64,000 nucleotides of DNA, taken from assembly GCA_964016885.1 (NCBI GenBank), contig OZ024740.1, positions 210,118,001-210,182,000 of the forward strand, given 5' to 3'. The notes below the pieces were generated by a model. It did no database searches and was not told the DNA's origin. It saw nothing but the letters and a program-made list of their open reading frames with translations. Source of the DNA: Eledone cirrhosa (taxonomy: Eukaryota). This document shows, in pieces, positions 1 through 12,878 of the stretch (its first letter is position 1; each line of letters starts with the position of its first letter). The position numbers and the translations under genes are program-made.

Positions 1-288
1 ATAATTTGTTGGCTTGGGCCAATGGTAAAAAAATTATTAAGGTGATGAGCAGAAATCGGAAGATACCTCAGCGTTAATTTTAATCTCTTATAGATTTGAA
101 TTTTAATTCCATCGCGATTGGAAGATTTTTTTTCTGTCTATCCTTTTGAGGTTGCTGCTGTTGTTTAATCCCAGGATGAAAAGAAGTGTGATCAAAGTCG
201 TAACTTCTCTGTCTTCTTTTGAAACATAGCATATTTATTGCACTGGATAATATAGTTCTGGAGAGAGAAAAAGTGTGTCCGTGTGTGC

Positions 289-439
<151 letters not shown>

Positions 440-529
440 TGAGAGAGAGAGAGAGAAGAGTTTTTTTCACAATACCTCGATATCTTAATCTAACTATATT
501 TTTCAACATATAAATATTTACCTAGTTTA

Positions 530-835
530 GATCAGGAACTCGCTCCAAGTAGAGCCGCTCCTTCTCTGATTTGAGAGATCACAGCTCTAATATTACGGAC
601 ATGTGGTCAGAATGTCTAAGGAAAAAATTTCTGGACAGATTTTAGGACCAAATCTAACCGACAGGAAACACAGTGGTAATCCCCGAGCAAGATGCTGGCT
701 GACATCCATGAGCTCGATTGGTCTCACTTGGAGAGTCAGCCGGATAAATTGGAGACGGTTGTTTCTGATAGGACCCACTGGAAGGCGTGTGGGAGGACTC
801 TGCCTCCACGACCATCCCATGAATAAAATTACAGT
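530..835 (+). mobile_element. RTE-type LINE 3' fragment, degenerate
   Basis: Degenerate RTE C-terminal coding pattern (…YGHVVRM…); homologous to 4005-4400 and 18900-19340. Confidence 0.65.
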
Positions 836-1451
836 ACTTAGATACGGTATATTCAACCCCTTTTGGACAAATATCTTGCCATAGTTGTAAGTGAAACTGG
901 GTAGACGGTAACTATGACAGCCCATAGGAGGGATTGCAGCTGCAATTTAAAGTTGCAGTCTTGTCACATATTGTATTGCACTAATTTGACTTTGGAGTTC
1001 CGTTAAGGTACACGTATCTGTGGAATACTCAACCAATTAGAAGTTAATTAAACGAACTGGGCGTTCGGTTGATTAAATAATCAAATGCTCATCGTCGAAA
1101 CCGCTGGAAGATCATCATCATCTCCATGGCTTGGAAAGGAATAGGTTTGACTCGGTTGATATAGGCGAGGTACATTAGATGAGACGGGTTAGTGAGTGCA
1201 TAGCCAACGAGCGAATATTTACGCGCTCATCCGAACAACTAGAAATAGCAACCAAATTTCCTTCTTAAAAGCGGAAGGATACATCGCATAATATGGTCTT
1301 TATATGATGGTCATGGCTGGAACGTTTTTGATCATGGGTTTGTTAACATCAAAGGAATTCTGTCTATAAAAACAGAATCGAGTCCAGCTGGAGAAAGAAA
1401 TTTAGTTTAGAGAAGTTGCTGTCACAACAGGGCACTAGCTACATATAGTAA

Positions 1452-1593
<142 letters not shown>

Positions 1594-1883
1594 TAGCTTA
1601 ATATCAGCTAACATACTTTCAAAATAAAAAATTCGAGTGAGAGAGAGAGAGGGGGGGGGGGGAGAAGTTTGAAACACATACACATCCTCACAAATATGGA
1701 AGAAAGGGTGTCTTGTTTTTCTCCCTAGCCCCTGTTCTGACATACTATCTAAACCACCACCCCACCACTTCATTCAGTTAATATTTACCAGCTGACTGCT
1801 CCAACACTAAAGTGTATTTGTTCTCTCCATAGACATCTAGTGATTGATTCTGACCAATTCTGATGTTCTGAAGTCTCGTAGAC

Positions 1884-2061
1884 CAGGCATGTGGCCCTTT
1901 ACAAGCACACCTGCGCCCGCACAAAGGTTTTTACAGCGCGAGCATGTTTTATCTTCGTAATATAAAATAAAAAAAAATTAGCTGTAATGTGCACAATTAG
2001 TTATCGTGTGTGGCCCTCAGACCCATGTGACCATTGGAGGATCTTCAGTTTGACATGCCTG
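1884..2061 (+). mobile_element. hAT (Charlie/SPIN-like) MITE
   Basis: Ends CAGGCATGT…ACATGCCTG; homologous to 2872-3571 and 56811-57011. Confidence 0.85.
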
Positions 2062-2349
2062 ATCTAGACTATATTTTAACCCGTAATCCTAATCCATGTT
2101 TCATTTCTGTCGCACCTCATTTCTCCCTCCCACTCTCTCTCTCTTTCTCTCTGTGATATTTGAATCTACTATGATTTGGGCTTACCTTATTCATATATAT
2201 ATGTTTTTGCATGTCAGTTTCAAAGTTACAACGGTTGGCATTATATATATATATATATATATATATAATTTGTTTGTTAAAATAATTAAATTAAATTAAT
2301 TCAACAGTTTAACACACATAGGAGCAATGAGGTTGTTACCAAAGAACCA

Positions 2350-2820
2350 GAAGATTGACAAGTCGACCCTAAATATGACTAATAGCTCTAGGAAAGCCAT
2401 GAACGACACCACATCTTTTAAACTTTGATTTTGAAAGTAGGTTTATAATTATTAATTTTCATTATACTTTTATAGCTGTCTCGGTGGCTTAGTTGGAGGA
2501 ATCCTAAACGGTGGTGACCCTGGTATGAAGTTCGATACTGGTCGGGAGTAGGGTTCCAGGTAAACCTTTTCAGTTTTTTTCTATGGATTTTAAACTAAAT
2601 ACTGAAATAGAATACATGTACTTCTTGACCAAGATTGAACCCAAGACCAGGTTCTCCACCGTCTCTAGTACTTACCGCTAGGCCACTAAGACAGCTACGC
2701 AAAGCTACCGAAAATTCATACTTATAAACCTACTTTCACACTTTTCAATACAAAATGATGCGGTGTCGTTCATGTCTTTCTTAATGTTATTGCTGATACT
2801 TAAGGTCGACTTCTAAATCA
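2350..2820. repeat. Old diverged inverted repeat with a tRNA-like (A/B-box) unit in each arm
   Basis: AAGTCGACC, CATGAACGACACC and GAAAGTAGGTTTATAA (2360-2450) are mirrored at 2722-2812; tRNA-like 2474-2550 (+) is mirrored at 2618-2697 (-). Confidence 0.65.
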
Positions 2821-2871
2821 TTTGTGTGTTCCATAAACTACATCCTCGTTTTGTTTCTAATCTATCTAGAT

Positions 2872-3571
2872 TAGGCATGTCAAATATGCAGCCCTATGAA
2901 AGTACACCTGTGACCCGCACAAAGGTTTTTACAACGCGAGCATGTTTTATCTTCGTAATATAAAGCAAAAAAAATTTTCGATGCGATTGTTTTTTTTTTT
3001 GTGCGATGTTTATCAACTACCTATAACTTCCGACAAGTCACGCGCAGCTCATTGACAGAAAACTTTCTTTCAAAGTTTCAAAAGTTTTTCTTTTAAAATG
3101 GCTAGTGCTCCTCCAGCTAAGAGAAAAAGGAAATTGAACGAAAAAGAGTGAGTGTTTCAAGAAAAGTGGGAATTACAGTATTTTTGCACAACGGTGAACG
3201 GAAAGATACACTGTTTAATTTGAAACAACTGCATCACCACGCCAAAAGAGTGCAATTTGAAAAGGCATTATGAAACGAACGATCGATCTTGCGATAAGTT
3301 TCAAGACTCAAGGAATTGAAGGCTAACTTGTCACAGCAACAGACCTGTTTTATGTAAATTCAGGAAGAGAATGTCGCTTCCGTTACTGCAAGCTATGAAC
3401 TCAGTCGAATGATCGTCATGAGTGGGAAATCTTACAGTGAAGGAGATTCTGCAATGAATTTTATTAAATGACTTTAGTTGTAATGTACACAATTAGTTGA
3501 CGTGTGTGGTCCTCAGATAACACATATGTGACCCATGCGGCCCTCGGGGAATCCTCAGTTTGACATGCCTG
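2872..3571 (+). mobile_element. Internally deleted hAT transposon with a transposase N-terminal pseudogene (SPIN/GTF2IRD2-like)
   Basis: Terminal inverted repeats (TIRs) TAGGCATGTCAAA…TTTGACATGCCTG; from 3098 it reads MASAPPAKRKRKLNEKE*VFQEKWELQYFC…HCLI*…NLKRHYET. Confidence 0.85.
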
Positions 3572-3814
3572 TCGTAGACGACCTCCTGCTTGGTTCATAT
3601 CAGCTTAGTCCAAGTGGATTTGGACTTTCGTGTGGTGGATACTGCTGTTGGTGGTGCTGATTGTGGTCGGGGTAAAGGGAGACAAAGCAAAGAAGGTTAA
3701 AGATAAAAGACGACTACAAAGACGACAATAAAAATAAAGAGTGCTCTGAAGAAATGATAATAAAAGAAACAAAAAAAGGAATGGGAATAGAAGACGCTCG
3801 AGGATAAAAGGAGC

Positions 3815-3930
3815 AGATATGGGGGAAAAAGTAGGGTACTAGATATGGGGAAAAAGTAGGGTACTAGATATGGGGAAAAAGTAGGGTACTAGATATGGAG
3901 AAAAAAAGTAGGGTACTAGATATGGAGAAA
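3815..3930. repeat. Tandem repeat of about 25 bp, 4 copies
   Basis: Unit AGATATGGGGAAAAAGTAGGGTACT. Confidence 0.9.
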
Positions 3931-4004
3931 AAAAAATTGAAAAATGTCAATGCAAATAAAAGAAACAGAAAATTACAGCATCATTTGAATCACAATAACA
4001 ACTT

Positions 4005-4400
4005 AATGACTGAAAGAACACGATCGCGAATAGAAGCAACTGAAATGCGGTTCCTCCGAAGGGTCTTTGGAGTAAAGTTATTCGATAGAGTGTAGCTAGG
4101 AGATCAGAGAGTCCACTCCAACTAGAGCCGTTACTTCTCCGAATTAAGAGATCACAGCTCTGATACTATGGGATGTGATTAGAATGTTTCAGGAAAGAAT
4201 CACTGGACAGATTTTACGGGCAAAACCAACCGGCAGGAGACCCAGGGGTAGACCCTCGAGTAAGATGGTTAGATAACATCCATGAGCTTGGCTGGTCTCG
4301 CTTGGAGATCTAGCTGGATCAGTTGGAGACGGTTGCTTCTGACAGGATCTGCTGGAAGGGGTGTTTGAGGACTCTTCCCCCACGACTTTCTGAGTAATAA
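4005..4400 (+). mobile_element. RTE LINE 3' fragment
   Basis: MTERTRSRIEATEMRFLRRVFGVKLFDRV followed by a RPRGRP motif. Confidence 0.8.
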
Positions 4401-4513
4401 GTGGGCGAAAAAGAACTTAAGATCGACTGTTTTGTCAAGAGTGATATATTTTTAATAGCATATTTGATGCAAGAAATGTTTTAAAGAAGTATATATAATG
4501 ACTGGAATACCAT

Positions 4514-4566
<53 letters not shown>

Positions 4567-5137
4567 TGTGTGAGAGGGTGTGTACGTGAGAGAGTGAGAG
4601 AGAGAGAGTGAGAGAGAGAGAGAGAGAGAGAGAATGTGTGTGAGAGGGTGTGTGCGTGAGAGAGGGGGGGGGGGGAGAAAGAGAGATGTGTTTTTATCAC
4701 TCTTATCCTTATGCTTTCCCTTATTTATGAAAAGAATCAGTTTTAAGATATTTATTTCACTTCAACAGTTCAAACTGGGTAATGACACACTAGGTTACTA
4801 TGTTTATACTCTAGTTTACTAGTTTAGAATCTATCTACTTTACAATAAACTCGTCCAGTTTACTATATTTAGTGACTAGTTTATTTTATTTCTAGTAGCT
4901 TACTGTCGTTTCACATAGGTTTTCTATATTTTCAGTGGCGGCATTCTTATCAGATTGTACGTTGATGTCTATGTTTTGTTGTCTTAACTGAATAGAATTA
5001 TGTAGAAATATCTGATCTCTTCCGATTGACAAAACGATTAGTTTGGCTAAACTAAAGTGGCCTGAGTATTATTTGTTGTTATTCTCTGCCCAATTGGCAG
5101 AATCGGTAGAGCATCGCACAACATGCTTTGCGGCATA

Positions 5138-5360
5138 ATTGTGATTTCTAGTATAGGCACAAGGCCAGTAATTTTTTTTTTGGGGGGGGGGGGGGTCGAT
5201 TAAATCGACCCCAGTACGCTACTGGTGCTTTATTTTATCGACTCCGTAAGGATGAAAGGCAAAGTTAACCTCGGTGGGATTTGAACTCAGACCATAATGT
5301 GTAAACTCTATGCTGCAAAGCATGGTGTCCAACTCTACCGATACTGCCAATCCACTGCCC
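5138..5360 (-). mobile_element. tRNA-derived SINE with a Meta-like central domain (most abundant family in the window)
   Basis: A box TGGCAGTATCGGT, B box GAGTTCAAATCC, core GCCTTTCATCCTTACGGGGTCGATAAAATAAAGTACCAG. Other copies (approximate): 6211-6398+, 7243-7430-, 12620-12785-, 13892-14080-, 20303-20697- (x2), 22530-22692+, 31625-31810+, 36304-36492+, 38775-39358- (x3), 41481-41643+, 43355-43758+ (x2), 52630-52852-, 54040-54190-, 59140-59570-, 61124-61303+, 63740-63950+. Confidence 0.85.
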
Positions 5361-5803
5361 TTTGCGGCATAATAGTAACGGTTCGTTATATTCCAAGACT
5401 TTCCCCTCCCCCCAAATTGTTGGCCTTGTGCCTAAACCAGAAATCATTATTCTCTGTCCGATTTCATCGATTTGTCTATACTACCTGTGAAAAGACCTTT
5501 CAGTATTTGGGGTAATTGCTGGCCTTGTGCCAAAAGTAGAAACAATTATTCTTAACTCCGATGCCGAGAATCATTCGGGTTCCTAAATAGAATATTAGTC
5601 TAATGACTCCATTTATACCATAACGTGATTTTGTCTTTGTGTGTAATTGTTCTCAACGCTCCATATAACGACGTATTATCTTCGCTTTTTCCCGTTCATT
5701 GCAAGAGAATGTTTTCACGAACCAAAGTATCGTCTTCCTGTTTTCCTTCGGTTGCAACGCTTTTCGAAATATTTACTTCTTCGTTCAAAGATTGATTTTT
5801 TTT

Positions 5804-5854
5804 AGTTTCAGAAGATCCCGTCAAGGGTGAAAGCAGCGATTCTTTGCTTAAACT
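5804..5854 (+). ncRNA. HHR motif, family B (core CAGAAGA)
   Basis: AGTTT-CAGAAGA-TCCCGTCAAGGGT-GAAA-GCAG…TTGC-TT-AAACT; lies within an element of about 5552-5968 that ends in (TA)n. Confidence 0.65.
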
Positions 5855-5984
5855 TTAATCTGTTATTTTAATAAATATTTGCTCTAGGGTTCTTATATAT
5901 TTGATATATATTTATCCTTATCGAGTCCTCTTTGGATTTTAGTCTTCGCTTTTATTATTATTACTATATATATATATATATATA

Positions 5985-6142
5985 TTAGGGTAAATATTGA
6001 TGCAATTCAATTCAAGCACTCAACGTACTTTTTCCACATAGGAGTGACGGAGTAAATATCGAATAAGGAAAAGCGAAGTAGTTTCAGATGTCCAAGTCCA
6101 TATCGGTTACTTGAACATCTGAAACTACTTCGCTTTTCCTTA
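5985..6142 (-). mobile_element. Short fold-back element between microsatellites
   Basis: Arms 6064-6097 and 6109-6142 plus an unpaired tail containing TTGAGTGCTT. Confidence 0.7.
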
Positions 6143-6210
<68 letters not shown>

Positions 6211-6420
6211 GGCGGTGGATTGGCAGTATCGGTGGAGGGTCGGACGCCATGTTTTCCAGCATAGTTACGTCCCTTTACGATCTGAGTTCAAATCCCGCCG
6301 AGGTTGACTTTGCCTTTCATCCTTACGGGGTCGATAAAATAAAGTACCAGTAATGCACTGGGTAATTGCTGGCCTTGTGCCTAATGTAGAAACAATTATT
6401 ACTATATATATATATATATA

Positions 6421-6612
6421 CAGGAATAGAACTGTTTCATTCGGGAGAAATCATCAGGAAAGCCGACTGTCAATGTAATATGATGATATTTATACATTTT
6501 ACCATTCTACTAGTCCTGTAGAAGTCATTTCTATATATATTAAATATTTATACTCTTTTATGTATTGAGTACCTTATTTACTGTGGTTACCCCGATTGAA
6601 CCCGGGATAAAT
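6421..6612 (+). mobile_element. HHR family A element; the inverted piece at 6421-6466 carries the HHR core
   Basis: Minus strand reads CTGATGA-TTTCTCCCGAAT-GAAA-CAG…CTG-TA running into (TA)n; tail shared with the copies at 21651, 23555 and 50214. Confidence 0.75.
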
Positions 6613-6622
6613 AAATAAATAA

Positions 6623-6686
<64 letters not shown>

Positions 6687-6933
6687 CCAAAGATTAATAT
6701 GGTTCATTGATTACTCAATGAATAGAGTTTTACAATAGATTAAAGATTAAAAGCACTCAACAAAGAAATATTCCTGGAGTTTTAATATTATTCAAAATAT
6801 TAACAAATGAAGATATTCACATAATCAAAATATATGCATTATTATATATATTTAGAAGGTACTGTATTGGAATTCCAGTATTGGAATTGAACTATCAAGA
6901 CCGTAGAGGTATGTCATATATCAAATCTTATAT

Positions 6934-6997
6934 TTTATCTGACGAGGACGTACTGGAAAAAAACAACACAGTACCTTCGAAATATATATATAATAAA
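6934..6997 (+). ncRNA. Type I HHR in fold-back element 6686-7050
   Basis: TTTAT-CTGACGA-GGACGTACTG…CAGTACCTTC-GAAA-TATATATA-TA-ATAAA; arms 6786-6866 and 6968-7050. Confidence 0.8.
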
Positions 6998-7042
6998 GCA
7001 TATATTTTGATGATGTGACTATCTTCATTTGTTAATATTTTG

Positions 7043-7085
<43 letters not shown>

Positions 7086-8500
7086 CATAATATGCAAATA
7101 TTAACCACATCTTTAGGTAAAGGGGAAAATGTATGTAACTAAATTTTAAAAATATTCATAAAAGGAAATTTATGAAATTTTCCCACAGCCTAAGCAACTA
7201 ATTTACAACAGATGCAGTGTAACAGTTTCAGTGACTAAATAATAATTGTTTCTACTTTTGGCACAAGGCCAGCAATTATTCCAGTGTATTACTGGTACTT
7301 TATTTTATCGACCCCGTAAGGATGAAAGGCAAAGTTAACCTCGGCGGGATTTGAACTCAGTCCGTAAAGAGACGTAACTGAGCTGCAAAGCATGGTGTCC
7401 GACCCTCTACCGATACTGCCAATCCACCGGCCTCAGTGACGAAATAATAATATTACATAATATAACAAACAGCATCAATGGACCTCCGTCAGTTTCGATG
7501 AAGAGCGTTCGATTAACGGAACAGGCAGCTCATTAAATTAACGTGTAAGTGTCCGCGAATTCTATACACACATGTACCCTTAACGTAGTTTTCTGGGAAA
7601 TTCTGCATGTGACAAGGCTGACCTTTTGAATTATAGGTACAGTCATTCCGATGGGCTTCCGTTACTTAATTTCACTCATACGGCATGGATCGTATTTTGG
7701 TAAATGACATCCAAGATTCTATACAGTGGGATCGAACCCGGGACCTAATGATTGCGAAGCGAACCTCTTATACAACAGTATATGTGTATTTTAAATAGTT
7801 ATCTTGACTCTATTACGATGTTCACGATCTCTGACCAAGCAACTTACCAGACCAATGCAACCTGAAAACAACAGTTTTACCAATTTGAAATTTAAATTCC
7901 GAAAATTACACCCCCGAAAAAAAAAAAAAAAATCGAAAATCATCAATCTGAGCATGGAGTTGATTGAAATTCTTAGAAAATGTAGAAATCTCAAACGTAG
8001 AAAATAACTTTAACTACTGTTGATTGCTATAAATAATAGTTTAGAAAATCGGGTAAAAAAAATTAGTTTAGAACTATATCAAACCTAAATCTTCATATTT
8101 TTTTCTTTCAGAGTGAAATGAAATACAAACATTAAAATTACGCCGTTAATTCCCTTGAGAAAATCATGAATGTCACACTTTCCATGTTGCCTCCTGCTTT
8201 AAAATATGGGGCCTTTCTGTCTAGTCCCAAAACAAACAAAATGAAAAACAAAACCAGAATCAAAACAAAGCACAATAAAATAAAAAGTCGAGATAAAGCA
8301 GATGTCTGTCACAGTGTCCTCTTCAGAAATATCTCACTGGTTCCCTCTTCCACCATTTTTTCTAATTCGTACAATTTTCTCCCAGCTTCACTCCATTTAT
8401 ATAATCAGTTTTTAGATTATTTTTTGTCCCCTGTTAAATATGCTTTTATTGCCTTTAAAACATCCGTTGAGTTAATTTTAACGGAGGATATGTACAATTA

Positions 8501-8555
<55 letters not shown>

Positions 8556-8638
8556 GCATAGAAATACATACACACACATACACACACATATATATATATA
8601 TACAAACACACACACACACACACACACATATATACACG

Positions 8639-8679
<41 letters not shown>

Positions 8680-9140
8680 TGTGTGTGTGTATGTATTTCT
8701 ATGTATATGTATGTCTGTGTGTGTGTTTATGTATGTATATGTGATTGGTTGCTTACGTCGAGTGGGCTGGTTGCTAGAAAGCGCAGCCCAATATTGCCCA
8801 AATTGCATCTCAACCTAATGGGAGATTATTAAATATAAAGATTTACATATACACAAACTAGACAAAATCACAGATATATATGTTTTTTGTTTTGGCAACC
8901 ATTCACGATGTGGCTCAATGATGAATTAATAAATTAAATAATCAGAGCAATATACTATAAAGTATGTCCATAGAATCATTTGATAATATATATACACCAT
9001 TTCCTCTCCTGCGCTTTCTAGCAACCAACCCACTCGCCGTAAGCAACCAATCACATTCTTTTTGACTTGACCACTGCCACGTCACAATTCTTAGTCATTT
9101 TGAATTTGTTTCTGGCGGGGATCACTTTAGAAAATTACTT

Positions 9141-9222
9141 TGTTTCCTTACGAGTTCGAAGCTCAAGATTTTATCCTTAATAGGATATCGCAAAATGCGA
9201 ACGAAACCCGAGGGTAGAGACA
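9141..9222 (+). ncRNA. HHR with extended stem II and a G5U core change (probably inactive)
   Basis: TGTTTC-CTTACGA-GTTCG…CGAAC-GAAA-CCCGAGGG-TA-GAGACA; element has inverted arms at 8739-8786 and 9009-9056. Confidence 0.7.
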
Positions 9223-9530
9223 TGATCATGGTAAGTGTGTATGCATTTCTTCTAACTTTAATTTTATACCTAATTGTGTATGGTTGACGGTATATTTAGT
9301 CGATTTCCACGTGCTGTTGAAATGTTGGGTAAATATTCTATTGCGGTCGGCCGCGAAGAGATTGCTGTCGTTTATTTATTTACTATTTCTTCATAGGTGC
9401 CTTTTAATCTTATAGCCTGGTCTAATTGATTTTTTATGTGGTTAATTATGCTAATTGGGAGAGGAAATGGTGTATATATATTATCAAATGATTCTATGTA
9501 CATACTTTATAGTATATATATATATATATA

Positions 9531-9645
9531 TTAAAATAACATGATTAAAGTTTAAGAAAAGAATCGCTGCTTTCACCCTTAACGGGATCTTCTGAAACTA
9601 AATATCTGTGAACGCAGAAGTAAATATTTCGAAAAACGTTACACA

Positions 9646-9715
<70 letters not shown>

Positions 9716-10048
9716 TATATATACATTCACACACACACACATACAGCTACGTTATAATGTCGTAATGCAGACAGCCAGGCATACAGACAGATATTTAAGG
9801 GTGCAACGTTATATCTATGTATCTATCTAAAAAGAGAAAGACTGAGAATTATAGAGAGAGATCGCTAAATCGCCTAATGCGGTCCCTAGGGCATTGAAAA
9901 TTTGAAATTTTCTTTTGCTCAGAACACTCACGGGACCATAAGTATTACATGTGTAAAGTTTGAAAACAATCGGTTGGGTGGTTCTCGAGTTTTAGTGATT
10001 GGACAGACAGACAGACAGACAGACATTCTCTGTTTTAGATATATAGAT
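9531..10048 (+). mobile_element. 3' part of a Helitron/Helentron-like element carrying an inverted family B HHR fragment
   Basis: Same module order as 30411-30942 and 57719-58017; ends (GACA)n…TTTTAGATATATAGAT. Confidence 0.7.
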
Positions 10049-10117
10049 TATGTGTGTGTGTATAAACACATATATTACGTGTGTTTACACACACACATAC
10101 ACACACATACATACACG

Positions 10118-10161
<44 letters not shown>

Positions 10162-11079
10162 TGTGTGAGTGTGCGTGTGTATAAACACATATGTAATATA
10201 TATATATGGCTATATATGCAAACACGTACATACACCTAAATATATTTACATAATTTACATTGTTTCTGTGTGGCTCAGTGTTTCTTAGCCATTTTTTTGG
10301 TGGCGGCGGGAAGGAGGGTTGTGTGCGTGTGTATACGTGTGTATACGTAAGCATGTGTATACGTGTGTGTGTGTGTGAGCATGTAGCGGGGTGTCTCTTG
10401 TATATATCTGTCAACAGTTTACAATTAAAGGAGTAAAACTGCGAGACAATATAAACTACAATGTTAGAAGAAATCAAATAACAGGGGAATAAATAACAGA
10501 CAATGATAGGGACCAGAGACAAAAAATTTGTTGGCTATATTTATTATTATTATTATTTTTTTTTCGCTTGTTTAGGGCAATTTTATTTGATCGGTATTTT
10601 ATTTTATTTATCTCAAAAGGATGAAAGGCGAAGTTGACTTCAGCAATAGTTTTATCTTGTGTAACAGTTTACTACGCAGAGACCTAGATTTTTGACATGT
10701 GGCATTACCATTACTACGATAAAGTTAATAGTTAAACCATTTATCATATTGTTGATGACTATAATGTGTTTTTGGTACAATCGTCAGTATTTGTTTAGGA
10801 AGAACCCGTTAAAACAATAGCTAAAAATTGTGACCAAATTCTTTCTCTTCAACATCATAACCCTGCTAAAGAAAGTGTCATGTTGTTGTTGTTGTTGTTT
10901 TATTACTTAGTGGAGGCAGTAACCTTTCTATCTTAATGGAGTATTTTTTTAAGATAATGGTAGTTTATGAGGAACTACTGCCGGCAGGTGTCATACTACT
11001 ATGATGAATAAAATAGTATTGGAGTTCATATGAATATTGCTTTTTCTAGCTAATTTTAAAGTCTTATTTGTAATAGTGA

Positions 11080-11350
11080 AGGCACATGGCTTAGTAGTTA
11101 AGATGTTGGATTGTGATCATAATGTTGTGAGTTCGATTCCTAGACTAGGTGGCACATTGTTTTCTCGAGAAAAACATTTCATTTCGTGTTGCTCCAGTAC
11201 ACTCGACTGAAAATGAGTACCAGGAGTAGCCGGGGGTTAACCATGCGATGGACTGGTGTCATGTCATCCAGTAGGGAGTTTTATACTCTCAGTCGCCTAA
11301 CACCGATGACAAATGAAACTGCGGATAATTACCGGCCTGATGACTTGGGG
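11080..11350 (+). mobile_element. tRNA-derived CORE-like SINE
   Basis: TGGCTTAGTAGTTA…GAGTTCGATTCC; related copies at 21230-21543 (-), 50720-51172 (-) and 61320-61620 (+) contain the CTTGAGCAAGACACTT core. Confidence 0.7.
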
Positions 11351-12142
11351 CAGACTTTAATTGTTTTTTTTTAAAGTGTAATACTATGTGTAGTAATGTG
11401 AACACAGGCATGGTTGAGTGGTTAAAAAGTTCATTTTGCAATCATGAGTTCACGGGTTCGATCCCACTACTTGGTATCTTGGGTAAGTGTCTTTACCATA
11501 GTTTCAGATCGATTCTAGCCTTATGAGTGAAGGTAGACGGAGACTGTGTGGAAAGTCCTCGGGCGGATTGTATTTATAATTCAAAGGTCCAGCCCAGTCA
11601 CATTTTGTATCACACTGATTCGGTTTTGGAATTAAGCTAAGGGTACACGTGCCTGTGGATTGTAGAATACTCACCACCTACACGTTAATTCATGAGTTGA
11701 ACATTCAGTCGACTGAAAGGCTGAATGCGCATCGTCGAAACCAGCGAAGGATCTACCATCTTTTTAATGAATACTAGAAAAATGAAAAGCAAATTAGTGT
11801 ATCCTTCGCAATTTTCCATACGGTATTTAAAACAGTTATTATTATATTTGGGGAGGGTCATGTTGTTATAATATTGTCAGAAATATATAATAAATCACTG
11901 GTTATATAATAACAATATTATAATATATAATATATAATAACAATATTATAATATATAATATATAATAACAATATTATAATATATAATAACAAATATAACA
12001 ATATTTGTTTTAACCCAGGATTTCATATCAAAAACCTTGCAAAACAAATTCATCGCCATTTAGAACAGTGTTTTTAGAAAATCCTAATGGAAGGACTTTC
12101 TATATTTCCACTCATTTAAACAAATAAAATAGAGGAACGTAC

Positions 12143-12197
12143 CTTTGAGGTCCGATGGTGGTTGCCTTAGTTTTGAGTAGTTTAACCAGAGACATAC
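12143..12197 (-). CDS. Candidate 55-bp internal exon of an unidentified gene
   Basis: Acceptor TTTTTCTATTCCTTTCAG and donor AAG|GTACGT; two frames are open; non-repetitive sequence. Confidence 0.45.
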
Positions 12198-12878
12198 CTG
12201 AAAGGAATAGAAAAATAGTTTGAAAGAAACATTATCATTATACAATGAAAACAAAAACATGAAATAAGAGTGAATTAGTTTTGGAGCATCAACACTACTG
12301 GGGTCGATTTATCACGTCAGCACTGGGGTTGATTTGCTATTCCTATTTTTAATCTCAATGAAATTATGTAAGATGACTATAGCGTTGGCACTTTTTGAAA
12401 AACAAGACAAAATGTTACAGCTCTGTATTTACGTCTTTAGAAATTAAGCTCAAGTGTTTATCTATCTAGTTGATGAGAGATAATTTTAGTAAATAACAGC
12501 AGAGGTGCCTTTATATTCAAACGCACACTCACACTTACTTTCGCTTGTTCACCCTCTCTTTCTCTCTCTCTTCCTCGCTCTCTCTCTGTCTGTCTCTCTC
12601 TCGTTTATATATTTTATAATATTTGTTTCTACTTTTAGCACAAGGCCAGCAATTACCCAGTACATTACTGGTACTTTATTTTATCGACCCGTAAGGATGA
12701 AAGACAAAGTTAAACTCGACGGGAATTGAACTCAGACCGTAAAGGGACGTAACTATGCTTGAAGGCGTGGCGTCCGACATCTCGCCAGCATGCGGTGGTC
12801 CCTGGCAAAGTACTCGTTATAAAAAATATGTTGATGAACGTTAATAATATACATACAAACATACATACACATACATAC

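Noticed and set aside
3815-3930. Short repeat array considered as CRISPR
   Set aside because: No unique spacers, no cas genes, eukaryotic context
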